Assembly: GCA_963669175.1 (NCBI GenBank)
Contig: OY769902.1
Location: 768,001-832,000, forward strand
From: a bacterium
Lineage (GTDB): Bacteria; Electryoneota; Electryoneia; Electryoneales; Electryoneaceae
Direction: 5' to 3'
Length of the DNA stretch: 64,000 nucleotides
Numbering within the stretch: the stretch's first letter is position 1; each line of letters begins with the position of its first letter. Shown piece after piece: positions 1-9,171 of the stretch. Below the pieces are notes generated by a model. It did no database searches. It was not told the origin of the DNA and saw nothing but the letters and a program-made list of their open reading frames with translations. The position numbers were made by a program, and so were the translations under genes.

Positions 1-189
1 ATCTGTCAGCTTCTTCTCGTATCCGGCTTCCTGGATAAAATCTTTTATCGCATCATCAATATGAAATGTTTTATTTCTACGGGTGCTGTTAGCAGTGCCT
101 GGTCCCGCACCAAACTTTTTATTCTTTCTCTGCTTGTATTTCCGTTCTGTTTCGGAAACTTCCCACGCTGTTCTATTCTTGAATAGCAT
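1..189 (-). CDS. DUF721/DciA-like protein, N-terminal part (runs off window edge)
   Basis: Hand translation from ATG at 189: MLFKNRTAWE...TFHIDDAIKDFIQEAGYEKKLTD, open to position 1. Resembles the DUF721 N-terminal helix and sits directly downstream of dnaN. Confidence 0.55.
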   Translation of the reverse strand, partial: MLFKNRTAWEVSETERKYKQRKNKKFGAGPGTANSTRRNKTFHIDDAIKDFIQEAGYEKKLTD

Positions 190-197
190 ATGTCAGA

Positions 198-1310
198 TCA
201 GGACAGCCGTACCGGCATGATCAGCATCAGGAAGTCTTCACCCTCTTCCTGTTCCATCGGCTTGACTATACCTGCCTGTTTTGGTCCACCCAGTTCAAAA
301 CGAACATCATCTGTCTTGACATGCTTCATCAATTCCAGGATATACATGGAATTGTAGCCGATTGTCTTTTCTTCGCCATCATATTGCGCCTGGATAGCTT
401 CGTTACCGCGACCGCCCAATTCAATGTCCTCGGCACGAATTTCCAGTAAACCGGGTGTGATATGAAATACAACCTGGCGTCCGATAGGATTGGCAAAAAT
501 CTGCACACGCTTCACTGCCTGCGCCAATGCCTGAACACTGACAGACATGGTTGTATCGTTATTGGTCGGAATCACACTTTCGTAGTGCGGATATTTACCC
601 TCGATCAGGCGGCTGAAGATGGTTGTGTTCTCTAGCTTCACTTCAAGCTGAGTTTCACCGATAATGCACTTCACAGCGCCATCATCGGGCAGGTTACGCT
701 TGATAAGATCCAGCGCCTTGACCGGAACAATAAGTTCACGCGGGTCGCCTTCAAACTTGAAGGTCTTGTCTACAACCTTGACCAGACGGTGACCATCCGT
801 AGACACTGCACGCATCTCGCTGTTTCTGATCTGCATGAAAACACCGGTCAGCGCGGGACGCAATTCATCACGTGAAACAGCGAAGATGGTACGCTGAATC
901 AGAGAATCCAGCTTGCCAACATTCAGATCCAGCTCGGTAGCGCCTTCAAATTCCGGCAGTACCGGGAATTCCTGCGCTGAAATACCCGGAACCAGATACT
1001 TACCTTTTCCGGCCTCAATGCTGAGGTTCAGGCTGTCATCTTTGACAAAAGTCAGATCAAGCCCATCAAGTTCACGTGTGATGTCCCCGATTTTCTTGGC
1101 AGGAACACAAAGGTTTCCATCTTCTGCTCCCTGGACAGTCACTTCCGTGAGAACAGAAATCTCCAGGTCGGTAGCCACCAGCGTCAGTGTATTCCCTTCC
1201 AGTCGCAATAACACATTGGAAAGAATTGGCAACGTGGTCTTCGTAGGCACTGCTGGAGCGACGCGGTTAAAGGCGTCAGCAAAATCCGTTTGGGCGACGG
1301 TGAATTGCAT
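198..1310 (-). CDS. dnaN: DNA polymerase III beta sliding clamp
   Basis: 370 aa; motifs ATDLEI, SRDELRPALTGV, STDGHRL, SRLIEGKYPHYESVIP, LIMPVRL; downstream of dnaA. Confidence 0.98.
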   Translation of the reverse strand: MQFTVAQTDFADAFNRVAPAVPTKTTLPILSNVLLRLEGNTLTLVATDLEISVLTEVTVQGAEDGNLCVPAKKIGDITRELDGLDLTFVKDDSLNLSIEAGKGKYLVPGISAQEFPVLPEFEGATELDLNVGKLDSLIQRTIFAVSRDELRPALTGVFMQIRNSEMRAVSTDGHRLVKVVDKTFKFEGDPRELIVPVKALDLIKRNLPDDGAVKCIIGETQLEVKLENTTIFSRLIEGKYPHYESVIPTNNDTTMSVSVQALAQAVKRVQIFANPIGRQVVFHITPGLLEIRAEDIELGGRGNEAIQAQYDGEEKTIGYNSMYILELMKHVKTDDVRFELGGPKQAGIVKPMEQEEGEDFLMLIMPVRLS

Positions 1311-1461
1311 GGTTCCTCTCTTCGGTTATGATGGGTTGAACCGGTCCGCAACGTATTTAAACAAGTAAGTGTGAAAAACTCGTTGTTTTTTTTGTTCTGT
1401 GAATATCGTGAGAAACTCAAACCAAAATCAAGAAAATCAAGTATTTTTTTCGAAAATTTTG

Positions 1462-1585
1462 AGTGAATAACTTGTGAGTATTGTAATTCTTATTCACTCA
1501 GTAGTCAGTGGATAACCTAAAAACTCCGATTTATTCACTGTAGTTTACAGTTATTCACAAACAGTTAGAATAACCCTGTGAATAA
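1462..1585. promoter_or_regulatory. oriC DnaA-box cluster (dnaA-dnaN intergenic)
   Basis: AGTGAATAA 1462, TTATTCACT 1490, AGTGGATAA 1507, TTATTCACT 1531, TTATTCACA 1551, TGTGAATAA 1577; AT-rich flank 1380-1460. Confidence 0.8.
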
Positions 1586-1746
1586 TTCTGGCTAAGTTAT
1601 AGCTAAATCATTAGAAAACTGAGTTTCCGAATATATGAAATCCGAGAGTCAGGGTCAATGCAGAGAGACAGCCGAGCCTGTAATACAGTGAAATATCTAC
1701 CGGGGTTAACAGCCTGAAATTTCAGAACAAGAAGACTTCCAAGAAA

Positions 1747-3186
1747 TCAGGAAGCAAGTTCTAAAAAATGTGCGAGTTGCTGGTAAACAGTAGAAAACTC
1801 GGGGTCTTGCTTAATCCACTTGGTTACTGATTTTTTCGCATGCAACACAGTTGTATGATCTTTCCCGCCGAATTTTCCACCGATCTGCTTCAACGAAAAA
1901 GATGTATACATGGTCGCTAATGCCATAGCAACCATACGTGCTTTGGCAATCGGTTGTGTCCTTGTTTTTGCCAACAATAAATCCGCAGGGACACGATAAT
2001 GATCGGCTACCACACGCTGAATCGTTTCTATCGAAACCTTGCGCTCGGTCGTGTCAATCAAATCCGATAATGCCTCGCGGGCGGAATCCTTGTCAAACTT
2101 CTGGCCGGTCAACGTATTAAGCGCCAGTAAACGAACAACAGCGCCACGCAGATCACGGACATTTTTAGTAAAATGTTCAGCAATAAACTCGTAGACTTCG
2201 GTCTGTAGTAAACCGTCTTCCTGTTCCGCAATACTCTGTGCGATAGCGATCCGGGTATCAAAATCAGGCGGACCAATATCACAGACAAGACCCCAGCCGA
2301 ATCGACTGACCAGACGTTCGTCCAGACCATCCAGATCTCGAGGGGGACGGTCTGAACTCAATACGATCTGTTTTCCTGATTGATGCAGATAATTGAACAG
2401 GTGGAAGAACTCAAACTGGGTACGGTCCCTTTCCGCCAGGAACTGCACATCGTCCAGCAAAAGAAGATCAACACGCTGGTAACGCTGGTTGAACTCGCCG
2501 GCTCTGTTTTGCCTGATTGATTCAACAAAATCCTGGGTAAAACGCTGACTGCTGAGGTAAAGCACATGCAGCGAAGGATCCTTTTTCAACGCTTCATGAC
2601 CTATTGCCTGCAACAGGTGAGTTTTTCCCAGACCGACACCACCGTACACCAGTAATGGATTATAAGCCGTTCTGCCCGGAGAGTTGCCAACAGCATAACT
2701 GGCAGCACGTGCAAAGCTGTTCTGTGGGCCTTCAATGTAGTTTTCAAACAGGTATCGTGGGTTCAGACTTCCGTTCTTCTTTATTTTCGGAACTGAAGCC
2801 TGTATGTTTTGCTGCAAGTCTTGTGGTATTGGTGTTGTTGCGTGAATCGGCTCTTCACGGGAATCGCCGTTTGTGTTTAGAATGTATTGCAGGTTAGTTT
2901 CTGAGCCGAGATTCTCCTGAAGGATCGAGTCCAGCAGGGAACCATAGTGTTCTTCAATCCATTCGAAATAGAAACGATTTGGAACAACGATTGACAATGT
3001 CTTCTCAGTAAACCCTATCGGCCGAATGGAAGAAAACCAGGTCTGAAATGCCTGCGCGGGCACTTTTGGCTTGATTTCAGCACAAAGCCCTTCCCAGGCG
3101 GTAATTGCTTCGGGACTGGATTCTCCATTCACGGGTTTAGACAGGAGTTTTCTGGAAGCAGCAAATAGTGTTTCGTTCATGGTCAA
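1747..3186 (-). CDS. dnaA: Chromosomal replication initiator DnaA
   Basis: 479 aa; Walker A GGVGLGKTHL, LLLDDVQFL, SDRPP, NVRDLRGA, domain IV KDHTTVLHA. Confidence 0.98.
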   Translation of the reverse strand: MTMNETLFAASRKLLSKPVNGESSPEAITAWEGLCAEIKPKVPAQAFQTWFSSIRPIGFTEKTLSIVVPNRFYFEWIEEHYGSLLDSILQENLGSETNLQYILNTNGDSREEPIHATTPIPQDLQQNIQASVPKIKKNGSLNPRYLFENYIEGPQNSFARAASYAVGNSPGRTAYNPLLVYGGVGLGKTHLLQAIGHEALKKDPSLHVLYLSSQRFTQDFVESIRQNRAGEFNQRYQRVDLLLLDDVQFLAERDRTQFEFFHLFNYLHQSGKQIVLSSDRPPRDLDGLDERLVSRFGWGLVCDIGPPDFDTRIAIAQSIAEQEDGLLQTEVYEFIAEHFTKNVRDLRGAVVRLLALNTLTGQKFDKDSAREALSDLIDTTERKVSIETIQRVVADHYRVPADLLLAKTRTQPIAKARMVAMALATMYTSFSLKQIGGKFGGKDHTTVLHAKKSVTKWIKQDPEFSTVYQQLAHFLELAS

Positions 3187-3192
3187 TGGTGT

Positions 3193-3298
3193 TTACTCAC
3201 TGTGGACAAAAAACGACAGAGCATCTGAATAAGTCGTTAAAACAGGTTAAAAAACTTGAATTTCGTGTTGTCCAGGTTGTGGGTAAGTCTGTGAATAA
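3193..3298. promoter_or_regulatory. DnaA-box cluster upstream of dnaA (autoregulation or second origin half)
   Basis: TTACTCACT 3193, TGTGGACAA 3201, TCTGAATAA 3224, TGTGGGTAA 3278, TGTGAATAA 3290. Confidence 0.65.
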
Positions 3299-3859
3299 AA
3301 TCTCTAAAAACCTTGATAACACATAAATTGAGCCGAACAGACTCTATATACGAGTTCACTCTTCGGTGAGTCAAGTGAGAAACCCGGCTGAACAAAATCC
3401 AAACATAAAAATTTCACCGAATCGCCTGAGTTAGAACAGCTTCTCAGATTATCAAAGGGAATACAATGCCCTCCGTTTCTTGCTTTGTCTCCAGAGCGTG
3501 GAAGACAATTGTTTTCTCGTAAGAAACTGTTTAAAAATGATGAGCAATGCGAAGTTTAATAAATTCAGCTAACAGTAGAAATAATAACAGAAATACTATC
3601 TTACAAAATATAAATAAGTTATGGAAGGAGTGATTGATCAATATGATCAAGAACACTAATCACTGATGGATAGAGTGTATATAATAACCGTTTTTCTGAC
3701 AAATCATGCAGAATCAAGGAATTAAAAATTTGACACACTAATTAAACTATTGTCTCATACAAGTGTCCAAACTTATGTACAAACATCATTGACTTTGCCC
3801 ATCAAGATTCACTGGAAAAATTGGGCATGATTCAGCTTACATGGCATGGAGGTGTTGTC

Positions 3860-5413
3860 GTGGTGTCGCAACAGGAACTGGCCGCTCAGGTACTGCATCA
3901 ATCAGAAAAACTAACCGCCACGTTAGGTATCGAAGAAAGGTGGCCGGTAGAACTCCTTGAGTATGTTGTTAAGTATGTCAATGCAGAAACAGGCATCTTG
4001 TTCGAAGTAGACAAAGCGAGTGGTTTACTTCGAGTTCGAGATACCTTTGGTCCGGTATCGGGAATGATGGAAAAGGAAATCAGCAAGATAGCTTCTCACC
4101 AGGTTCACAATCCCATGGACTTCTCCAGGTGGATGTTCACTGAATCGGCTGCACATCATTCCCAGCTTTCCTCCCTGAAAAGTGTACAAAATGGATTGAT
4201 CAGCAAACTGATCATTATTCCTCTCGTGCTGGTTAAGGATGAGCAGGCTGTGGGCGCACTTTACCTTGGGTCCGGTTCAGATCAAATGCTCCTTGATGAG
4301 GGAATAGAACGCATCCTGATTTCGCTATCCGGTCACTTCGGGGAATTATTCCGTATTCATCGGTCTCACCTTGCCCTGTTACGACAGAAATCGGATTTAT
4401 CAGAATCAGCCCCTGCGGGATCAGAAGCAATTGTCATCCCGGGGACCAGTAATTATGCACAAGGGCTGGAACGCGGAGCAAGGATCCTGGCAGATGCGCC
4501 TGTCACTTTGTGTCTGATCGGAGAAGCAGGCACCGGAAAACAGGAGCTTGCAAGGCAATTACACACGTGTAGTATCAGGCGTGATAAAAAGCTGATAGAC
4601 CTGAATATACAATTTGGCGCTAAAGAAGATCATCAGGCTTATATTTTCGGAACAACAAAAGGGCGGCCTTTTCCCGGAATATTACGAGAGTTACAGGGAG
4701 GGACTCTGGTTCTGCACCATATTGATCATATGTCCAGGTCTTTACAGAAGAAAATTGTGAATGTCCTGCAATCCGGTAAAGCGCAGTCAATAGGGGCAAA
4801 ACGAACCTACGCAGTAGATTTCCGCCTGATTGTATCGATAGAAGGAAAACTGGAGGATTTTGATTCAATATCTTCTCTGGATCCTTCGATGAAATTGTTA
4901 TTAAGCCTGTACCTTGTACACCTTGAGGTTTTACGCAACAGGCTGGAAGATATTCCGGAGCTGGTTGATTTCTTTGTGAAACAGGCGAACCGGAAATTTG
5001 GCAAGAGCATTCGTCATGTTCATCCGGAAATACTTGATGCGCTGTCCAGGTGGCACTGGCCCGGGAATCTCTCCGAATTGAAAAAGGAAGTCTTTGATGC
5101 TGTATTGCGTTCGCCCTCCTACAGGGACGAGTTGCGTATCAACGATCTTCATCAGCGCTTTTCAACCTTTTCTCTCCAGTCTATAGACCTGCTGTCGGAA
5201 GAGGGAAATACGTTAAAACAACAGATGGAAGCGGTGGAAAAGCAGATTATTGTAGCGCGTCTGGAAGCGACAGACCATAATCAATCCCTGGCCGCACGGC
5301 AACTGGGATTAAGTCGTCAATCCCTGATAAACAAGATGAACCGCTACGGAATCAAAAGTGGGCGTGAAGAGGCAAAGAAAAGGCGCGAGCTGGAGCAGAC
5401 AGCCAATCTATAA
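3860..5413 (+). CDS. GAF + degenerate sigma54-activator AAA+ + Fis-type HTH transcriptional regulator
   Basis: GEAGTGKQ Walker A, WPGN, and C-terminal NQSLAARQLGLSRQSL HTH. GAFTGA and Walker B are degenerate. GGAGG at 3848 favours a GTG start at 3860 (ORF open from 3821). Confidence 0.85.
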   Translation: MVSQQELAAQVLHQSEKLTATLGIEERWPVELLEYVVKYVNAETGILFEVDKASGLLRVRDTFGPVSGMMEKEISKIASHQVHNPMDFSRWMFTESAAHHSQLSSLKSVQNGLISKLIIIPLVLVKDEQAVGALYLGSGSDQMLLDEGIERILISLSGHFGELFRIHRSHLALLRQKSDLSESAPAGSEAIVIPGTSNYAQGLERGARILADAPVTLCLIGEAGTGKQELARQLHTCSIRRDKKLIDLNIQFGAKEDHQAYIFGTTKGRPFPGILRELQGGTLVLHHIDHMSRSLQKKIVNVLQSGKAQSIGAKRTYAVDFRLIVSIEGKLEDFDSISSLDPSMKLLLSLYLVHLEVLRNRLEDIPELVDFFVKQANRKFGKSIRHVHPEILDALSRWHWPGNLSELKKEVFDAVLRSPSYRDELRINDLHQRFSTFSLQSIDLLSEEGNTLKQQMEAVEKQIIVARLEATDHNQSLAARQLGLSRQSLINKMNRYGIKSGREEAKKRRELEQTANL

Positions 5414-5519
5414 TTGTGTTGCAAAGAGCGGAAACAAATAGGAACGAATCAGTGATGATCCGTCCCATTTTTTTACAGCAAAACAAGTGTAACCTGAAAA
5501 TGCCACTGTAAGTCTATGA

Positions 5520-6170
5520 TCAATCCAACGCCGTCAATCCTTCACGAATCGCATATTTGGTCAGTTCGGCAACGCTGCGTATTTCGAGCTTGTCCATGAT
5601 CTGCTTGCGATGAGTTTCGATGGTTTTCACACTGACTTTCAGCAGTTCAGCGATCTGGCGCGTCGATTTTCCTTCCGCGAGAAGCTGCAGCACTTCACGT
5701 TCGCGTGGGCTCAAAACAGTAAACGCGGAAGCGCCGCCTTTCTTGACCATCTGGATATACTCTTTCAGGATGATATCGTTGATTTTACTGCTCAGGTAAA
5801 CCTGGTCTTCCTGCACCTTGCGGATCACCTGTACAAGTTCTTCAAACGCGGAATCCTTCAGCAGGTAACCGGCGGCGCCAGCCTTTAATCCTTCTACGAC
5901 AAAGCGACGATCCGAGTGCATGGACAGCATAATCACCTTGGCATAGGGAAAGTCATTGCTGATTTTCCGTGTCGCCTCAATGCCATTCAGTTCCGGCATG
6001 GATATGTCCATGATCACCACGTCCGGCTCAAGCTCTTCCACCAGCTTGATTGTGGTGAGTCCGTCTTCCGCTTCGCCCACGACTTCAATATCGGAATGAC
6101 GCTGAAGTAGAGTACGAAGGCCGTCACGAAACATCTTATGATCGTCTGCTATGACTACCCTTGTAGGCAT
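5520..6170 (-). CDS. NarL/FixJ-family response regulator (REC + LuxR HTH)
   Basis: IADDH, DISMPELNG, LSPREREVLQLLAEG, SVKTIETHR; RBS GGAGG before ATG 6170. Confidence 0.95.
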   Translation of the reverse strand: MPTRVVIADDHKMFRDGLRTLLQRHSDIEVVGEAEDGLTTIKLVEELEPDVVIMDISMPELNGIEATRKISNDFPYAKVIMLSMHSDRRFVVEGLKAGAAGYLLKDSAFEELVQVIRKVQEDQVYLSSKINDIILKEYIQMVKKGGASAFTVLSPREREVLQLLAEGKSTRQIAELLKVSVKTIETHRKQIMDKLEIRSVAELTKYAIREGLTALD

Positions 6171-6190
6171 ACTTCCTCCCAAAATACCGT

Positions 6191-7393
6191 TCAACAATGA
6201 AGCTGAATGACAACTCGAGTCCCTTGTCCCGGGCTGGAATCTACAATCATCTCGCCACCGAGATGCCTGATACGTTCTCGGATACTGAACAAGCCAAATC
6301 CACCGTCCTCTGAATATGAGGCTTCAAGGCGGTTCACATCAAACCCTATTCCAAAGTCAGTAATAGTTAATTGGAGCATGTTTTCTTCGAGACCTTTGAT
6401 AGAAATCAGAATGTTTTGGCTGTCCGAATGCTTAATAGCATTGGTAACCAGCTCACGCGCTGCGGTGAATAGCATCACCTTGATTTCATCCGGCATTTGT
6501 TTGTGAGTCAGAAATTCTTCAACCCGTATATGTACGCTATATTTACGGGAATACTGCTCGGCCAGCCACTCTAACGCAGAGGTTAAACCAAGGTCGTAGA
6601 GGATAGGAGAGCTGATTTCAAATGTCAGCGTACGTGTATCGCGAATTGTCTGGTTCAGCATATCCAGCGATTCTTCCAGCATGCTTTCCAGACCGGTAAA
6701 CACGGCCTCTCCCTGGAGAGAGGACAGTTTCATCTTGATAAATGCCAGGGACTGTCCGATCCGGTCATGTAACTCGGACGCAATCGCTCGCCGTTGTTGC
6801 TCTTCCGTAAGGGTCAGTTCTGACGCCAGCCGACGAAGCTGATTCTGGTATGCTTCAACTTTAGCCCGGGCCTTATGGTGGTCCTCAATTTCTTCCTGCA
6901 GTGCAAGGTTGGTCTCACGTAATTCTTTCGTCCGTTCCTGCACTTGGATTTCAAGCTGATCGCGGGCAAAGGTCAAGTCATTTTCGTCTCGGACACGCTG
7001 AAAATAGAAATTCAGCATCTCGGCAAGCGAATCAATCAAATGACGTTCTTCCAGCAGGAAAGGCCCTTCATGCGCTTCCGACATTTCCTCCAGATATGCT
7101 ACGGTTATTTGGCCGGTTTCCCCGGAACGAAGTGAAAAGGTTGCTTTCTGGGACCAGGGGGTCTCACGAAAGCCGGGAGAAGCGACCTCTATTTTATCGA
7201 AAAGAATCCTTCCGACAGTTATATGAGGATACTGCCACGCGTTTGGAAGTATATCAACCACTGCACGCACAACTTCAATCGGCTCTTTCTGACGATCCTG
7301 AATGATCCGAGCGGTGTTGTGAAGAGCGGTAAGCTCCTTGATTCGTTCGCCAAGTTCATGCAGCGTACGATCGTTGGGGATGTATTGAGCCAT
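6191..7393 (-). CDS. Cytoplasmic HisKA_3 (NarX/UhpB-type) sensor histidine kinase with N-terminal GAF-like domain
   Basis: H-box RRAIASELHDRIGQSL, N-box ELVTNAIKHS, DFGIGF, GFGLFSIRER; no TM helices; N-terminal AWQYP...EGPFLLEER module. Confidence 0.9.
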   Translation of the reverse strand: MAQYIPNDRTLHELGERIKELTALHNTARIIQDRQKEPIEVVRAVVDILPNAWQYPHITVGRILFDKIEVASPGFRETPWSQKATFSLRSGETGQITVAYLEEMSEAHEGPFLLEERHLIDSLAEMLNFYFQRVRDENDLTFARDQLEIQVQERTKELRETNLALQEEIEDHHKARAKVEAYQNQLRRLASELTLTEEQQRRAIASELHDRIGQSLAFIKMKLSSLQGEAVFTGLESMLEESLDMLNQTIRDTRTLTFEISSPILYDLGLTSALEWLAEQYSRKYSVHIRVEEFLTHKQMPDEIKVMLFTAARELVTNAIKHSDSQNILISIKGLEENMLQLTITDFGIGFDVNRLEASYSEDGGFGLFSIRERIRHLGGEMIVDSSPGQGTRVVIQLHC

Positions 7394-7396
7394 GTG

Positions 7397-7870
7397 TTAA
7401 CTTCCGACAGGTTTTACGGTTACTAATCCTGATGATGTATCGAAAATAATTTTCCTACCGATCTTGTCACCGGTTTCGCTATGGGTGATACGTATGCCAT
7501 GTTCTACAAGGAACTGCCTGGCAACATTGATGTTATTGATGCCCACCCAGTCATTCATCTTTGGATGACTCCCGCCTCCCAGTACATGAGCAATCGTTGT
7601 TTTCAGGTTTCCACCGGCGTTTTGAAACTCACGCAACAGTCGTCTCATGGCCGGCTCCCCGTAATTGGCATCGGTCATACCAGGTAACGTCGCATAAGGA
7701 TGAACAAAATGGTTCATTCCACCCAGCTTTTGCGCTTTATCAAAAAGAAGCACGGATACGCAGGATCCCACAACGGTTATAACTTTGGTGGGTTGCAAAG
7801 CAATGTACACTTCACCTGATTTCAGGTATACGGTTTCCATGAATTCCGGTAGCTGTTGATCCAGCCACAA
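7397..7870 (-). CDS. cheD: CheD-family chemoreceptor glutamine deamidase
   Basis: TVVGSCVSV (catalytic Cys), GGMNHF, VLGGG, GINNINVAR, GRKIIFDTSSG; alternative ATG start at 7840. Confidence 0.9.
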   Translation of the reverse strand: MWLDQQLPEFMETVYLKSGEVYIALQPTKVITVVGSCVSVLLFDKAQKLGGMNHFVHPYATLPGMTDANYGEPAMRRLLREFQNAGGNLKTTIAHVLGGGSHPKMNDWVGINNINVARQFLVEHGIRITHSETGDKIGRKIIFDTSSGLVTVKPVGS

Positions 7871-8086
7871 TATAGCTCATAAAACTCTTGTGAACAAAGG
7901 TTTACTGACATGACGGATTTATGAGATTAATCACGAAACAGCCTGTCCATCGGGGCTGACAAAACAACTTTCCAACTTCAGAAAGATTCAAACAGAAGGA
8001 CTAAACTCTATAATTCAATTAAAATAGACCACCGCCGGGCAGTCACCTTCGCAAGCTACGGCGACTTCAAGCCGGCGGGGCCAATA

Positions 8087-8126
8087 AATAACTTTGGAAC
8101 TTTCCAACTTTTAAACTTGCCAACTA
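8087..8126 (-). repeat. 8-nt-period imperfect AAAGTT array (copy A)
   Basis: Minus strand TATAGTT GGCAAGTT TAAAAGTT GGAAAGTT CCAAAGTT ATT; 26 nt identical to the copy at 32661-32699. Confidence 0.7.
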
Positions 8127-8127
8127 T

Positions 8128-8164
8128 AAAAAGAGGGACAGATTCGCAAGGAATCTCCCCCTTC
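8128..8164 (-). terminator. Probable intrinsic terminator of accA operon
   Basis: GC hairpin (GAGGGACAGATTC...GAATCTCCCCCTTC) with T-run on minus strand just downstream of accA. Confidence 0.55.
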
Positions 8165-8202
8165 AATCAGTATCAACAATCAGTACCAAAACTGTTGTGA
8201 AT

Positions 8203-9171
8203 CTATTCCGCGGCAGCCTCTTCGAAGAAGCCTATTTTGCCATACTTGTCAATACGACGGTCGATCATTTTGTCGATATTGGCACGTTTCAGAACACGCA
8301 AATGCTTGAGGATCGTTTTCTTCAAACTGCTTGCAGAAGCATCCCAGTCACGATGTGCGCCACCTTCCGGCTCCGGGATGATCTCGTCGGTGATCTCCAG
8401 CTCATCCAGATCGTGCGAGGTTAGTTTTAACGCTTCTGCCGCTTTGTCCGCCATGGAGGCGTCACGGTAGAGAATCGACGCGCAGCCTTCCGGGCTGATC
8501 ACGGAATACACCGAGTATTCCATCATCAGGATACGGTCAGCGACACCTAACGCCAGCGCACCGCCGGAACCACCTTCACCGATGACAACCGCGATGATCG
8601 GGACACGGAGTTGACTCATCTCGAACAGGTTGCGTGCGATAGCTTCCGCCTGGCCACGTTCCTCCGCGCCGAGACCGGGATACGCGCCAAACGTATCAAT
8701 CATGGTGACCACCGGCAGGCCGAATTTTTCCGCGAGCTTCATAATGCGAAGCGCTTTCCGATACCCTTCCGGGTTGGGCATACCAAAATTGCGGTACATG
8801 TTCTGCTTGGTATTGCGCCCCTTCTGGTGTCCGATCAGGGCGATACGGAATTCCTCAATCGTGGCCAGTCCCGCTACGATAGCGTGGTCGTCGGCAAAAT
8901 GACGGTCGCCGTGGAGTTCTTCAAAGTCTGTCGTGATCCGTTCAACATAATCAAGCATGAAGGGACGGGCCGGGTGTCGCGCAATCTGCACCCGCTGCCA
9001 ACGTGACAGTTTGCTGTACACTTCCTGGCGTTTTTTCCTCGCCTTTTCTTCCAACTTGGCGATTTCGTCAATAATATCCACATCACCGGAAGAGGAAAGC
9101 TCACGCATTTCCTTGATTTTCTCTTCCAGCTCTATGATCGGCTTTTCAAAATCAAACACAAATCGAGTCAT
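8203..9171 (-). CDS. accA: Acetyl-CoA carboxylase carboxyltransferase alpha subunit
   Basis: DFEKPI, ARHPARP, ELHGDR, GYRKALR, AEERGQAEAIARNL, ISPEGCASIL. Confidence 0.98.
   Translation of the reverse strand: MTRFVFDFEKPIIELEEKIKEMRELSSSGDVDIIDEIAKLEEKARKKRQEVYSKLSRWQRVQIARHPARPFMLDYVERITTDFEELHGDRHFADDHAIVAGLATIEEFRIALIGHQKGRNTKQNMYRNFGMPNPEGYRKALRIMKLAEKFGLPVVTMIDTFGAYPGLGAEERGQAEAIARNLFEMSQLRVPIIAVVIGEGGSGGALALGVADRILMMEYSVYSVISPEGCASILYRDASMADKAAEALKLTSHDLDELEITDEIIPEPEGGAHRDWDASASSLKKTILKHLRVLKRANIDKMIDRRIDKYGKIGFFEEAAAE

Noticed and set aside
3634-3650. TTGAT-N7-ATCAA palindrome as an FNR site
   Set aside because: The spacer is 7 nt rather than 4, so it cannot be assigned.
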